Positions 26,250-37,620 of a DNA stretch of 64,000 bases are shown here, piece by piece (position 1 is the first letter of the stretch; each line of letters opens with the position of its first letter). The notes under the pieces were generated by a model, which saw only the letters and a list, made by a program, of their open reading frames with translations, was not told where the DNA came from and ran no database searches. Source of the DNA: Stegostoma tigrinum. Lineage: Eukaryota. A program made the position numbers and the translations under genes. The stretch is taken from NCBI RefSeq assembly GCF_030684315.1, contig NC_081357.1, positions 101,875,558 to 101,939,557 of the forward strand, written 5' to 3'.

Positions 26250-27177
26250 ACACAAATTTCACTGAGTATTTTTAACAGCTGGCGCAAACAGACACCTCTT
26301 TCTGTTCATTAGTGAATCTGGAGCTCCAAATAGTGTGAGTTGTTTATCTAATAATAATACCCAAGTGACCTTACTTTGCTCCCCATTTGATAAGTTCTTC
26401 TGCAATTTCTCAAGGTTCAGTTTGGCAGCCAAACAGCAGCAGCAGAGCAGCTCCTAGCCATCTTTAAAACCGACAAGATCTAATTTTCTAGGCTATTTCA
26501 AAATGACATGAATAGGCAATTTACTTCATTTAGATCTAATTCCCTTAATTACATATGGTTACAAGATAAATTGGTAGACTCATTCATGTATTCGTGGAAT
26601 TAATCTTTCGCTTATAATCAGAAAGTGCATTCTGAGGTTCCCTCACGGGTGGGTTGAGAAAATCTGTCCTCATATACCCACTTTTATCAACCATATCATC
26701 TGAAGATGTACTATCAGTTTTCATCATTCATTAGAATTCCAACAAGACACTGGAAAATGTGGAACCTACTCCATTTGCAAAAAAAATACAATTTCCAAGC
26801 TGCTTTTTGCATGCTAATATTTTGATCAGTCACCTTCATTTATGTGCCTCCTTACTCATGTACTTCATGACATTTATCTTTGATCTGAGCTTGTTTTATT
26901 CATGAAATTCTTTCTTGGTATCAAAGCTTTTCCATCTTTCTGAAATTTACCTTTGAAGTTACCATGATCACTTAAAAAGGGTAATTTCCAACATGTTTCC
27001 AAATTCATTTTGATTGGGACAAGCTCATATTTTTTGGCATTTGACCAACTGAGACAGCACATGTAGTAATTATGTGTGTAGTGATGGATACCATTTAAAG
27101 GTTTTCATTGCTAAAAGTAGCTGGCTCTGTTGGCAAGGTCATGTTCACCGGTGAACGGCCGGCAGAAAATTCTGCCT

Positions 27178-29060
27178 ACAAAAATAGAAATTACTGGAAA
27201 AGCTCAGCAGGTCTGGCAGCATCTGTGGAGAGAAATCAGAGTTAACATTTTGGGTTGAGTGACCCTTCCTCAGAACTGATGATATCTAGAAAAATATTGT
27301 CCATAAGCAGAAGATAGCATGGTGGGAGGGGGCAGGAGTAAATGACAGGTGGGGATGCAGCTCAAAGAGAGACAAGAACAGTTGGCTAGATATGGGAGTG
27401 GATGATGATCTGGCTATGGGGGTGAATAATGGAGACTGTTAGTGGCTAACAATGAGTTGTGTGTAACAACAGACTATGTGATAACAAGGCCTGGTGTGTA
27501 GAAATTGGGGTAAGGACATGGGAGATGACCCTCAAGCCCTTAAGTTATTGAACTCGATATTGAGTCCAGAAGGTAGCAGTGTCCCCAAGAAGAAAATGCG
27601 GTGTTATTCTTTCAGCTTGCGTTGAACTTCGCTGGAAGGCTATAGCAAGCCTGAGATAGAGCCAGGGAACAGAATGGTGTGTTTTAAAGTGGCAGGCAAC
27701 AGGTAGCTCAGGGTCTGTAGAGCATAGATATTCCATGAAGTGGTCACTCAATCTGTGCTTTGTTTCACCAAGTAGAGGGGACCACGCTGTGAGCAGCAGA
27801 AGCAGGAGACTAGATTGTGTGAAGTGCAGGTAAAGTGCTGCTTCACCTGGAAGGTATATTTTGGGGCTTGGATACTGAGGAGGGAGAAGATGTTACACTT
27901 TAGCTGGTTGCAGGGAAAGGAGCCATGAGGCTGTGGGGGGCAGCGCTGGGAGTGACAGAACAGTGGACCAGGGTGTCCCGAAGGGTGACAAGAGGGGAGG
28001 GGAAATGTGTCCAGTGATGGCTTCACACTGGAGGTGATGGAAATTCCATCCGATGATCTTCTGGATGTGGATGCTGATGGGATGGTAAGTAAGGACAAGG
28101 GGAGCCCTCCCACTGTTGCAGGAGGGAAGCGAGGGAGTGGGGGCTGAAATGCGGGTGATGAAATGCAGCCCTGTCTACAACAGAGCTGGGGAATCTTCAG
28201 TTGAGGAAGAAGGTGGACATTTCAGAGGCTCCCTTTTTGAAGTTGTCATCATCGGAACATATGCAATAGAGACAGAAGAATTGGGAGAATGGAATGAAGT
28301 CTTTACAGGAAGCAGGGTGTGAGGATGTATAGTCAAGGTAACCGTGGGAGTCAGTGGGTTTATTGGTAACCAATCTATCACCTGAAATGAAAAACAAAAG
28401 TCAAAGAAGGGAAAGAAGGAATCAGAGATGCGCCAAGTGAAGGTGAGAGAGGGATGGAATTTAGAAGTGAATTCGATATGCTTTTCCAATTCTGAATGAG
28501 AGGTGGAGGCAGCACCAAGTATATCATTGATATGTCAGAGAAAGAGTTATGGGTGGGGACCCGAATAGGACTTGAACAAGGAATGTTCCATTTACACCAC
28601 AAAGAGACAGGCATAATTGAGGCCCATGTGCATTCCCATGACCATGTCTCTGACCTGAAGGAAATGAGAGGAATTAACAGAAAAGTTGTTACGGGTGGGA
28701 ATGAGCTTGGCCAGGTAGAGGCGGCTGGTAGTGGAGGGGTTGGTTCAGGCCTTTGTTCCAGAAAGAAGTGGAGAGTCTTGAGATCATCCTGGAGGGGGAT
28801 GGATACGTAAAGGGATTGCATGTCCATGGTAAAGATGTGGCAGCTGGATGCTGCAAACTGGAAATTCTGAAACTGGCATAAAGTGTCAGAGGAATCGCAG
28901 ACTTAAGTGGGCAGGGACTGGACCGGGGGAGAAAAGACTGAATCGAGGTAGGAAGAGATGAGTTCAGTGGGGCAGGAGCAGACAGAAACAATGGGTCTGC
29001 CCAGGTAGTCCTGTTTGTGGAATTTGGGAAGGAAGTAGAAGCAAGCTGTGCTTTCCACAT
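27178..29060 (-). mobile_element. Older Neptune-like PLE (RT + GIY-YIG, many frameshifts) ending in the family B terminus
   Basis: MDMQSLYVSIP (RT), FTSKFHPSLTFTW, YLDYTSSHP, FTCTSHNLVSCFCCSQRGPLY (EN). Terminal core on the minus strand CTGAGGAAGGGTCACTCAACCCAAAATGTTAAC. Confidence 0.9.
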
Positions 29061-31529
29061 GGTGTTACTAAATGCTCTTGCAACTGCCCTGGTATTTTCG
29101 TTGGTGGGTGTATTGTCTACTGAGACAGCACAGTGTCAGGGAGGTTGTGGGTTTGTATCACAATTTTTGGTGAGCTAATAGATCTGAGCCAGAACACCAA
29201 TGGAGATTCAACAGTTGACTAGGTTACTCAAGGCCTGCCCAGTCTCCTATTCCTGAATGCAAATGAGAAGCCAGGTATTGCATTTGGAAGGGCTAAGGGT
29301 AAAGTATGCACATTTCCACTGTCAAATGACTGACTGTCACTCATTGATTGGGCTCAAACAGATCAGCATGCCTTTTGGTGCAGTGGTACTGTTCCTACCT
29401 CTGGGCGAGAAGCTCTGGGTCCTGGCTTGACGTAAGAATTTGATGGCCACAGATGCAGGCTCACAACACGGTCAGACAGGTGAACTATCAACTTGTAAAC
29501 TCTATCAGAGGTATTAGGACCCACACATGCTGGAGAATCTGAGATATCGAAGTGTAGAGCTGGATGAACAGAGCAGGCCAAGCAACATTTCCCTGTGTGA
29601 TCATTCTATCTTTCAATCACTAAAGGCCATCGCACTCATTTTTGAAACAAGTCTGCTATCGTTTTAGACACTCCTGGCATTTTTTTGTGTGTTGATCCAT
29701 ATTCATAACACTAGTTTTCTCAGTGGCTTTCTGATAAGTATTCATAAATTTAACTTTCACAGGTACACAGTAATGCAGCTGAATTTATTAGTTTATTCCT
29801 TTCTATTTTTTTGGATTTACAAATAGAACTCATATTTATGAAGCTATTCTGAGATCCACACTCATTCTGATGTTAATTGAGTTAATTTTTTGCATTCAGA
29901 TATTTACAAAACCTGGTCTAGGTGACATACCCAACTTATTGAAATTCATATAATATGGTGTCATATATATCAACAAATTAATATTAATGAAACCTTTCTG
30001 CACACACCTTTTGTATTAATATTCATAAGCCTCTTACACCCATTCACTTGCAAGAGACTTGACATATAATGACCAACATTGGGACAACTTTAAAAGGGCT
30101 TTTGACAGCTGGTCAAAATAGATTCAATTCTGAATTATCCACTTGTTATTCAAAATGAAACTGGATGGCTATTATGGGTAATTTATGCAGGTCACGTGTA
30201 AGCTAGCCGTCACTGCTTAATCATTGTATATAGATGAATTATGTGGTTGATTGAACAGAGACAAAAATGATGCACTTCTAGACTGTGCCCAAACATTTTT
30301 AATGGCTATTGATTTTCCACTTTTGTCATGAGATAGAGTTTAAAACAAGAATTCATAATTATAATCATCCAGAGATATTATTCAATATTGATTGCAATGC
30401 TTTAAAAACTAATCATTACAAAACATTTTCGGATAAAGGATACAAAAACTGCACCATTGTACTAGTGCAAGGACTGCATTACATGCTGAAAAACTGACAA
30501 TAAGGAAGACTTATTCTAAAGTAAAAACATGTATAAAATGCCTTTAATGATTTAAGTGAGCTCTACAAAATTTTACAGCTAATGGATTGCTTTTGAAATG
30601 TAGCCACTGTTGACATCTCAGAAATTGGAAAATTATGATGAATGTTTTGGGGTTTAAACTTTTTAAGTGTATAGTATGGCGTTGGTCACACGTTCAGATT
30701 TAACATGAATGTGGTAGCAAAACCAGCCCTTGTGCATCTCACCTTAGCACTGACAGAGTACTCGCCTCACTGGAGCATGTCTCAAAGCAGATACCTCTCA
30801 TGTTAATGATAATGTTCCAGTAATAAATTGCTGTACAGGGAATGATTCATTCCATGGTTTAGTTTATTTCAAAAGTAAAACATGTTGCGGGTTATGAAGC
30901 AGAAATTATAGCAATCAACTGGTTTCAGTGCATGCAGTTTGCAGCCACACAGCAGACCAATCAGCTGACAGAATTACAACATTGCATTCACACAGTCCAT
31001 AGAGCTCTGACAGACAGTCTCTCTGAAAGGCAATTTATACATGTAGCTCACTCCTTTCCAAAAATAAAAGTTTAGCTGCTTACACCTAAGTGTGCCTATG
31101 AATCTCGATGATATGTAGGTAATTTGTCAATTTGTCCAGGTTTTGTGATAGTTACTTTTCCTGAAATTATTTTTATTCCAAAAATTGGAATTGCTTTTTA
31201 AAAATCGTTTATCTTGATGTGCGACAACCAACCTTGTTATAGATTTGCTATGGACCGATCTCATTCTACAAACCGTTTTGAATGGTTCAAGATTTCTCAG
31301 CATTTACTATTTTGTTTCTTAAAAGCTTACAGCTCATAGAAGTTCCTGACTTTAGACACTGGATTTATCTAACTCTAGTGAAGTTTCAGCTTTCTGTTAG
31401 TAAACTATATATTTTTTTCTCATTCATATTCCCTACTATCAACTATGAGCTGCATTATAAATGTTGAAAATATAGTTCAGTTCAGAAGCTAAAATTCCTG
31501 CAACAAATAACTCACTTCCTAAGTTCCTA

Positions 31530-32180
31530 AAGCCTGCCCACTGTCTAGGCTCAAGTCAGCAGTGTGACAAAATACTCCAAACTTGCCTCAGGGACCATTA
31601 CTTCAACAATACTCAGGAAACTTGACGCCATCCAGGATGAGATAGGAGGAACTGCAGATGCTGGAGAATCTGAGATAACAAGGTATAGAGCTGGATGAGC
31701 ACAGCAGGCCAAGCTTCATCAGCGGAGCAAAAAAGCTGATGTTTTGGGCCTTGACCCTTCTTCAGAAAACATTTCTACATTTCTGAAGAAGGGTCCAGGC
31801 CCGAAACATCAGCTTTCCTGTTCCTCTGATGCTGCTTGGCCTGTGGTGTTCACCCAGCTCTGCACCTTGTTATCTCCTCATCAAGGATGAAGCACCTTGC
31901 TTGTTTGGCACTACATCTAGAAACATTCACCCCTTCATCTGCCGAAACTCAGTTGCAGCTGTGTGCGTATGACCTACAAGATGCAGATACAAAATCCACT
32001 AAGGCTCCTTAGACAGCACTTTCCAAATCCACAAACACTGTTGTCTAGAAGGACGAGGGAAGCAAATACATGGGAACACAAAAACCCTACAAGTTCCCTT
32101 CCAAGACACCCACCATCCTGACTTGGAAATATATCACTGCTTGTTGGTTGTCACTGGGTCAAAATCCTGCACCTCCCTTT
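31530..32180 (+). mobile_element. CR1/L2-group LINE 3' fragment, interrupted by a fold-back element
   Basis: GGCTCAAGTCAGCAGTGTGACAAAATACTCC...CCTGACTTGGAAATATATCACTG matches 47985-48395. Confidence 0.75.
31641..31878. mobile_element. Family A fold-back element with two inverted hammerhead motifs and TSD
   Basis: Arms of about 100 bp around the loop ACATTTCTACA. Cores CTGAAGAAGGGTCCAGGCCCGAAACATC (+) and CTGAAGAAGGGTCAAGGCCCAAAACATC (-). TSD CATC(C/A)AGGATGA at 31629-31640 / 31879-31890. Confidence 0.9.
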
Positions 32181-32246
32181 AACCATGAGGAGCATGTCTC
32201 AAAGCAGATACCTCTCATGCTAATGATAATTTATTCATCCAGGGAG

Positions 32247-33879
32247 GTTGTAGGCATGTTCGCCAAGCTGTTGGGTTTGGTTGCAAATGTTTTGTCACCT
32301 TACTAGGTAGCATCATCAATGTGCCTACTGTGAAGCATCGGCATTCTGTCCCGTTTGTTATTTATATGCCTCGGTTTGCTGGGGTGGTTGGTATTATTTC
32401 CGGTTTTGTTTCTCAGCGGTTTGCACACAAGGTCTACTTCAATGTGTTTCTTGATGGAGTTCCGGTTGGAACTCTAGGCCTCCAGGAATTCCCTGGCATG
32501 TGTCTGTTAGGCTTGTGCTGTTATCGATATGTTGTCCCAGTTGAATTTGTGTCTCTTGTTGGCCGTGTGTATTGAGACATGTGAGAATTGGGCATGTTCT
32601 TTGGGTCCGACATGTAGGTGACACCTTTATGATTATTAAATGCACAAAACTAGAAGAAACCCACCAACGCATAAACAACATCCTCACTAGGATAAAATTC
32701 ATGAAAGAAGAAGAGAAGAACAACTGACTCCTCTTCCTGGACATAATGGTAGAACGCAAAAACAACGGGGAACTCCAGACTAGTGTACATAGAAAGATCG
32801 CACATACGGACCAGATACTGAAGTACACCAGCAACCACCCCAACGCCCACAAACAAAGCTGCAGCAGGACAGTATTTAAATGAGCCACAACACATTGCAG
32901 CAACCTGGAACTACACAAAGCAAAACAGGAGCACCTATACGGAATCTACAAAAGGAATGGACACCTGAAAAGCACAGTCCGCTGTTACCTCCGAGACAGA
33001 CTGCAACAGGAAGACACAACATGACCAGAATTACTTATTACCCTACTATACATCAAGGACATATCAGAGATGACCACTCAAACCCCTAGGCATCACAGTA
33101 GCAGTGACAGAAGAAAGTAGAGGATCCCATACCCAACACCAGCAAAACTGGGCTAATATACAAAACACCATGGAAGGACTGTGAGAAACACTACATTGGC
33201 CAAACCAGAAGAAAACTGACAATATGGATACATGAACACCAACTACCCATCAAGAGAAACAACCGATTCTCAATTGTCTCTCTACACCTGGACAATGAGG
33301 GACACAAATTTGACTGGGAGAACATATCCATAATCGCACCAGCCATAAAGACATATACCAGGCAATTCCTGGAGGCCTGGTATTTCAACCAGAACACCAT
33401 CAAAAAACACATTGAATTAGACACAAAAACAAAGTTGCTGGAAAAGATCAGCAGATCTGGCAGCATCTGTGGAGGAGAAAACAGTTAAAGTTTTGAGCCC
33501 GGTGACCCCTCGGAGGAAGGGTCACCGTACCTGAAACGTTAACTCTGTTTTCTTCTCCACAGATGTTGCCAGACATGCTGAGCTTTTCCAGCAACTTTGT
33601 TTTTGTTCCTGATTCACAGCATCTGCAGTTCTTTTGGTTTTTACATTGAATTAGACCCTGTATACAAACCACTGAGAAACAGAACTGGAAATAATATAAG
33701 CAATCCCAGCAAACAGAGGTAAATAAATAATAAGCAGGGCAGAACATTGATGCTTCACTGGAAGCACACTGACGATGTTACCTAGCAGGGCAACGAATTG
33801 TTGGCAACCAAATCCACTGGCTTGGCGAGCAAGTCTACAACATCATCCACAATCCGAGCTACAAATCTTCTCAAAAACT
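32247..33879 (+). mobile_element. Poseidon-like PLE with inverted 5' copy of its 3' end (inverted pseudo-LTR)
   Basis: LLFLDIMVERKNNGELQTSVHRKIAHTDQILKYTSNHP (RT thumb); LIYKTPWKDCEKHYIGQT (GIY-YIG). 32247-32590 is the reverse complement of ~33290-33845. Degenerate TSD at 32231-32246 / 33880-33895. Confidence 0.88.
33423..33642. mobile_element. Family B fold-back element nested in the Poseidon-like PLE, perfect 14-bp TSD
   Basis: TSD ACATTGAATTAGAC at 33409-33422 / 33643-33656. Core GGAGGAAGGGTCACCGTACCTGAAACGTTAAC. Confidence 0.92.
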
Positions 33880-34899
33880 TTAATCACCCAGAGAGTGGTG
33901 AGCCTATTTTCTATGTTTCTTTGAACCTTATTTGTTTTAGACACAAGTTGCTCTGGGTCTGCCTTTACAGTGGCAATCTATTCAATGGATTGTTGACGCT
34001 GAGCCAGTAGCTCACTCTGCTTCCTCGCTGTTCTCTTTCAGCTCTTAATTCTCCTTGATAGATGAGCAGAGGCATCACCCAAAGTCTTTGTATTCTCACA
34101 TGTTCTTATTATCAAGGTTAGATTTATCTTGAGCTGATTGTTCAGACTTTTCCTCTTAAACTTTCATTTTTCTGCCAAGAGCTGGTAATTTAGCTTCATT
34201 CATTCAGAAAAAGAATGAAGCATTCCATTCGTCTTTCCTCTCCTGCTCTGAAAATGTTCCATAAAAAGTCAGCTGCAGTTCCTGTTGTGTCCTTGACATG
34301 CAATTGTATCCATGGGCTGGGATTTGTGCAATTCACAGCATGCCGGATGCCTGCAATTGCTGGTCTTGCAGTGAATACCATGTAGAAAATCTGTGATGTT
34401 GAAGCAGATTGATTGGTTATACATTCCAGAATGACTGACCCTATGCGTGGAATTTCTTAACTGTATGCTGAAAAATTCACATTCATAGAATTTATTTCAT
34501 CATGGCTTCCAAGGACTGTGGTAGATATTTTAAAGAGTTTGCTGGTGTCGTCTATTGGTACTTCTCCAATAGTTAATGGCCAATAATTAATAGACCGCTG
34601 CTTTTTGAGGATAAATAATTTGGAATCATGCAAATCCTATGATGAAATTGATGGTTTCCATAAAATTGACAGTGTGAAACATGCATTCACCTCACTTTTC
34701 TCATCATGGACATCAGATTCTCGTTCATCAATCTCTTCACAAACATAGGAGCAAATTACTGCAGATGCTGGAATCTGTACTGAAAACAAAAAATGCTGGA
34801 AATCACATGGGTAAGGCAGTCTGGGAATATCCATGCATGCAGGTAAAAATACAAGTCACAGGGTACAGGAGTTGCAGGAATTGATAGAAGTTAAGGTTT

Positions 34900-37110
34900 A
34901 AAGTAAAATAAATATCCCATCCATAGTTCTTTCCATGATCCCAGATATTGTTTGAAATTTAACTTCAATTTCAGCAGACATTTAATTTGAATTGATCTCC
35001 TAGAGACAGTGGTACCGAGTTAATATCATCCTTTACAAATTTCTGTTAGAACAGGTATCCTTCCAATCTGCAAGAAAAGGGTACAGATTTTGTGAGAGAT
35101 TTCAGAGATGAGAAGGAGGGGTAAGTCTGGTGCCTCCCATTACTGTATGAATCACTTGTTTGTTTCAATCTCTTATTTGTTTCAAGATAGTTCTAAAGAG
35201 AGGGCCGTGATGTTTCTGAATGATAGCACCAGCTCCAGACTTTCTCCACCCTTGGCTGTCGAGGTAGTTGCAGCTACTTTTAAAACAGCAAAGTCTTGGT
35301 TCCAAATAATGATTGTAGTAATGTCATTAGGACACGGGTCTCCTCACTCATTAGAAATCAGTGTCTTCAGTAGGGCCAGGATTGAAAAACATTTCCAACG
35401 TTCCTGTAAAGAGTCGTAGATTCCCTTCCTATTGTCAATATGAAACAATTCTCTAATATCAACATAGGTAATGTTAATAGATACTTTCTTCTCTTTTGCC
35501 TCTGTCGTGAATTCAGGAAGCTCAGACCTTCTACTAGTTGTCTCTTGATCAGTTGCATTACAACAGTTCACTCCAAGACAGTTGTTCTCTGACAGATCTC
35601 TCTTTGAATAGATTTGGCATAATTTGGTTTCTGTTGACCTGTTTGCTACCTTTAGGAACTTATTAAACACTTTCTGGTACCTCATGTGTGCAGGCTCAAA
35701 AATGGCAAGTGCTGATTGCAAATCATGTATATTCTCAATTCTCTTATGTCTCACTTGCCCTGGTTCATTGGGTTTATTGTGGATGTAAATAATCTAAATG
35801 CAGTTCTAACAATGGCAATGTTCTTTATTAAAGCAAAGGTTATTGCACAAATGCGGCAAAAAAATCTTATCAAACAATGATTATAATCCCAAGTGAACTG
35901 TTTTATGTGGGCTTGTCTGAGGATCAGACTGAAAAAGGTGAACAGCCTGCTCTGTCCCAATCTTCAACCACTGACCAAATAACTTCTCCTGAGCTAACTA
36001 ACTATGCCCCATGGCAAGCTTACTTCTACATTTTTTCATACAGAATGCCTATGTGTTCAAACTCTTACACTCCCCAGTCTACAGCAATTGATCAGTTTGA
36101 CAACTGGACAGCATCACGAACACGCATATTTCAATGCTAGCTAACACTTGTTTCTGTCTCCCTGCAAAAGGCTCATCTCTTGGTCTAACAAACTTTGAGC
36201 TCAGGTCAGCTTGCTCAGGTTGCTTATACACGTTATTTCTTTGCATTTTTTGTGTTGTCTAATCAACTGTATGATATTTCCACTGCACAATTCACAACTG
36301 CAAGTTTGACTGATAAATAATCCACAATATCACATCTGATTCACTGTCTGTTTTTAAACAAGACTCCAGTCTCTCAGAGCTCCTCTGATAATTCACCTCA
36401 TTACTGCTGAGTTTTCAAACTTAATCTAAATATACGCACATGTTCCTTCAGCAAAACAAAGAAACATTAAAGCCAGTAAACTTTCAATGTATTAGCTCAC
36501 CAGGCTTCACTTCTTATTGTTCATTTCATTTCAGCTAACTCAGCAAATTTTAGATTACTGTCTCCATTTGCAAGTTGCAAAGTGTGTTGTAGCTGCACAC
36601 CCTTGAGAGTTATGTAATCTGGACATATTGCTGTATCTCTTTAGACTGTAAATTTTGTTTCTTCAGTCATTGCATTCAACTTGAAAAGGTGGTGACTCTT
36701 TCCCCCGTATTCATTGACACAATTTTGTCCAGTACAAATTGATTCAATCACCAATTTTCCTGGGAATGCAGAGGGTATTGTTTCTAATCCAGATGTTTCT
36801 GTAATGTAAATACATTTGAATCAGTAGCCATTTGACACTTTGCTGCTCTAGAACTGTTATTCCTGTACATCATGAGGAAATGACATGTAGTTTTGCAGAT
36901 GTAACATACTTCTGTTATAACTGGGTGCTGTTTGTGGTTGTAATGCTTTCCTGTTCCGCAGTTCTGGCATTGACTTTTCGTATCTGCTTCCAGGCTGAAC
37001 CTTTGTATTGGTATATCATATGTCTCATTTTTAGAGTGTTTGTATGTTAGAAATTGTGTAATGTTTGTGCTCTCCTGCGATAAGGTTATTCTTTCTCTCC
37101 AAAATTTATT
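34900..37110 (-). mobile_element. Ancient Ty3/Gypsy-like gag-pol relic
   Basis: Minus-strand order: CQNCGTGKH...VCYICKTTCHF (gag zinc-knuckle-like), FKLNAMTE (~36665; protease FKLDTGA-like), QSRLFTFF (RT-like), GAGAIIQ (RNase H GLGAVLLQ-like). Heavily degenerate. Confidence 0.5.
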
Positions 37111-37119
37111 GGAAATATC

Positions 37120-37620
37120 ACTTCCAAGATGGTGGCAACGTGGGAATCCTGAGCAGGAGCTCATCAATCCATCTATTTCTGCTTTTTCTTTCTCTCTCTT
37201 TTAACTTTCTTTTAGTACTTTACTCTCTCTTTTACTTTTCCTAGTTTTTCTTTTACCCTCTGTCCCCAGGCAGCATCAGTGATGTCTGGGTGGAAAGCTA
37301 GCATGGACTTCTGGCCTCAGTGTGGACTCAAATTCCTGGCCTCAACGTGGGCTTGTACCCCCTTCCTCAACGTGGACTTGAGCCCTGACACTCCTGGCCT
37401 TGAGGCGAAGCCCGGAACACTCTGGGTTGGAAGGACTGTTATTCTGAACTCTTATTTCTCTATCTTTCTAAAGTATTGCTGGGCATTTTATTTCTTTACC
37501 TTTCTATTTTTTTCCTGACAAATAAATACTTAAAAATCTGTACCTAGGTACCTAAGATGATGACATAAGTAGCGACTTCTAAATGTTTCACTGTACAATT
37601 GAGTACATGTGATAATATAA
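37120..37620 (+). mobile_element. Non-autonomous element with Rex1/Babar-type 3' tail
   Basis: Starts CTTCCAAGATGGTGGC, has a pyrimidine tract, ends TTTCACTGTACAATTGAGTACATGTGATAATA, resembling the Rex1 tail at 25110-25140. Confidence 0.55.

Noticed and set aside
25710-26287. His/Thr-rich and Cys/Val-rich ORFs
   Set aside because: Translations of the (TG)n microsatellite and the N gap.
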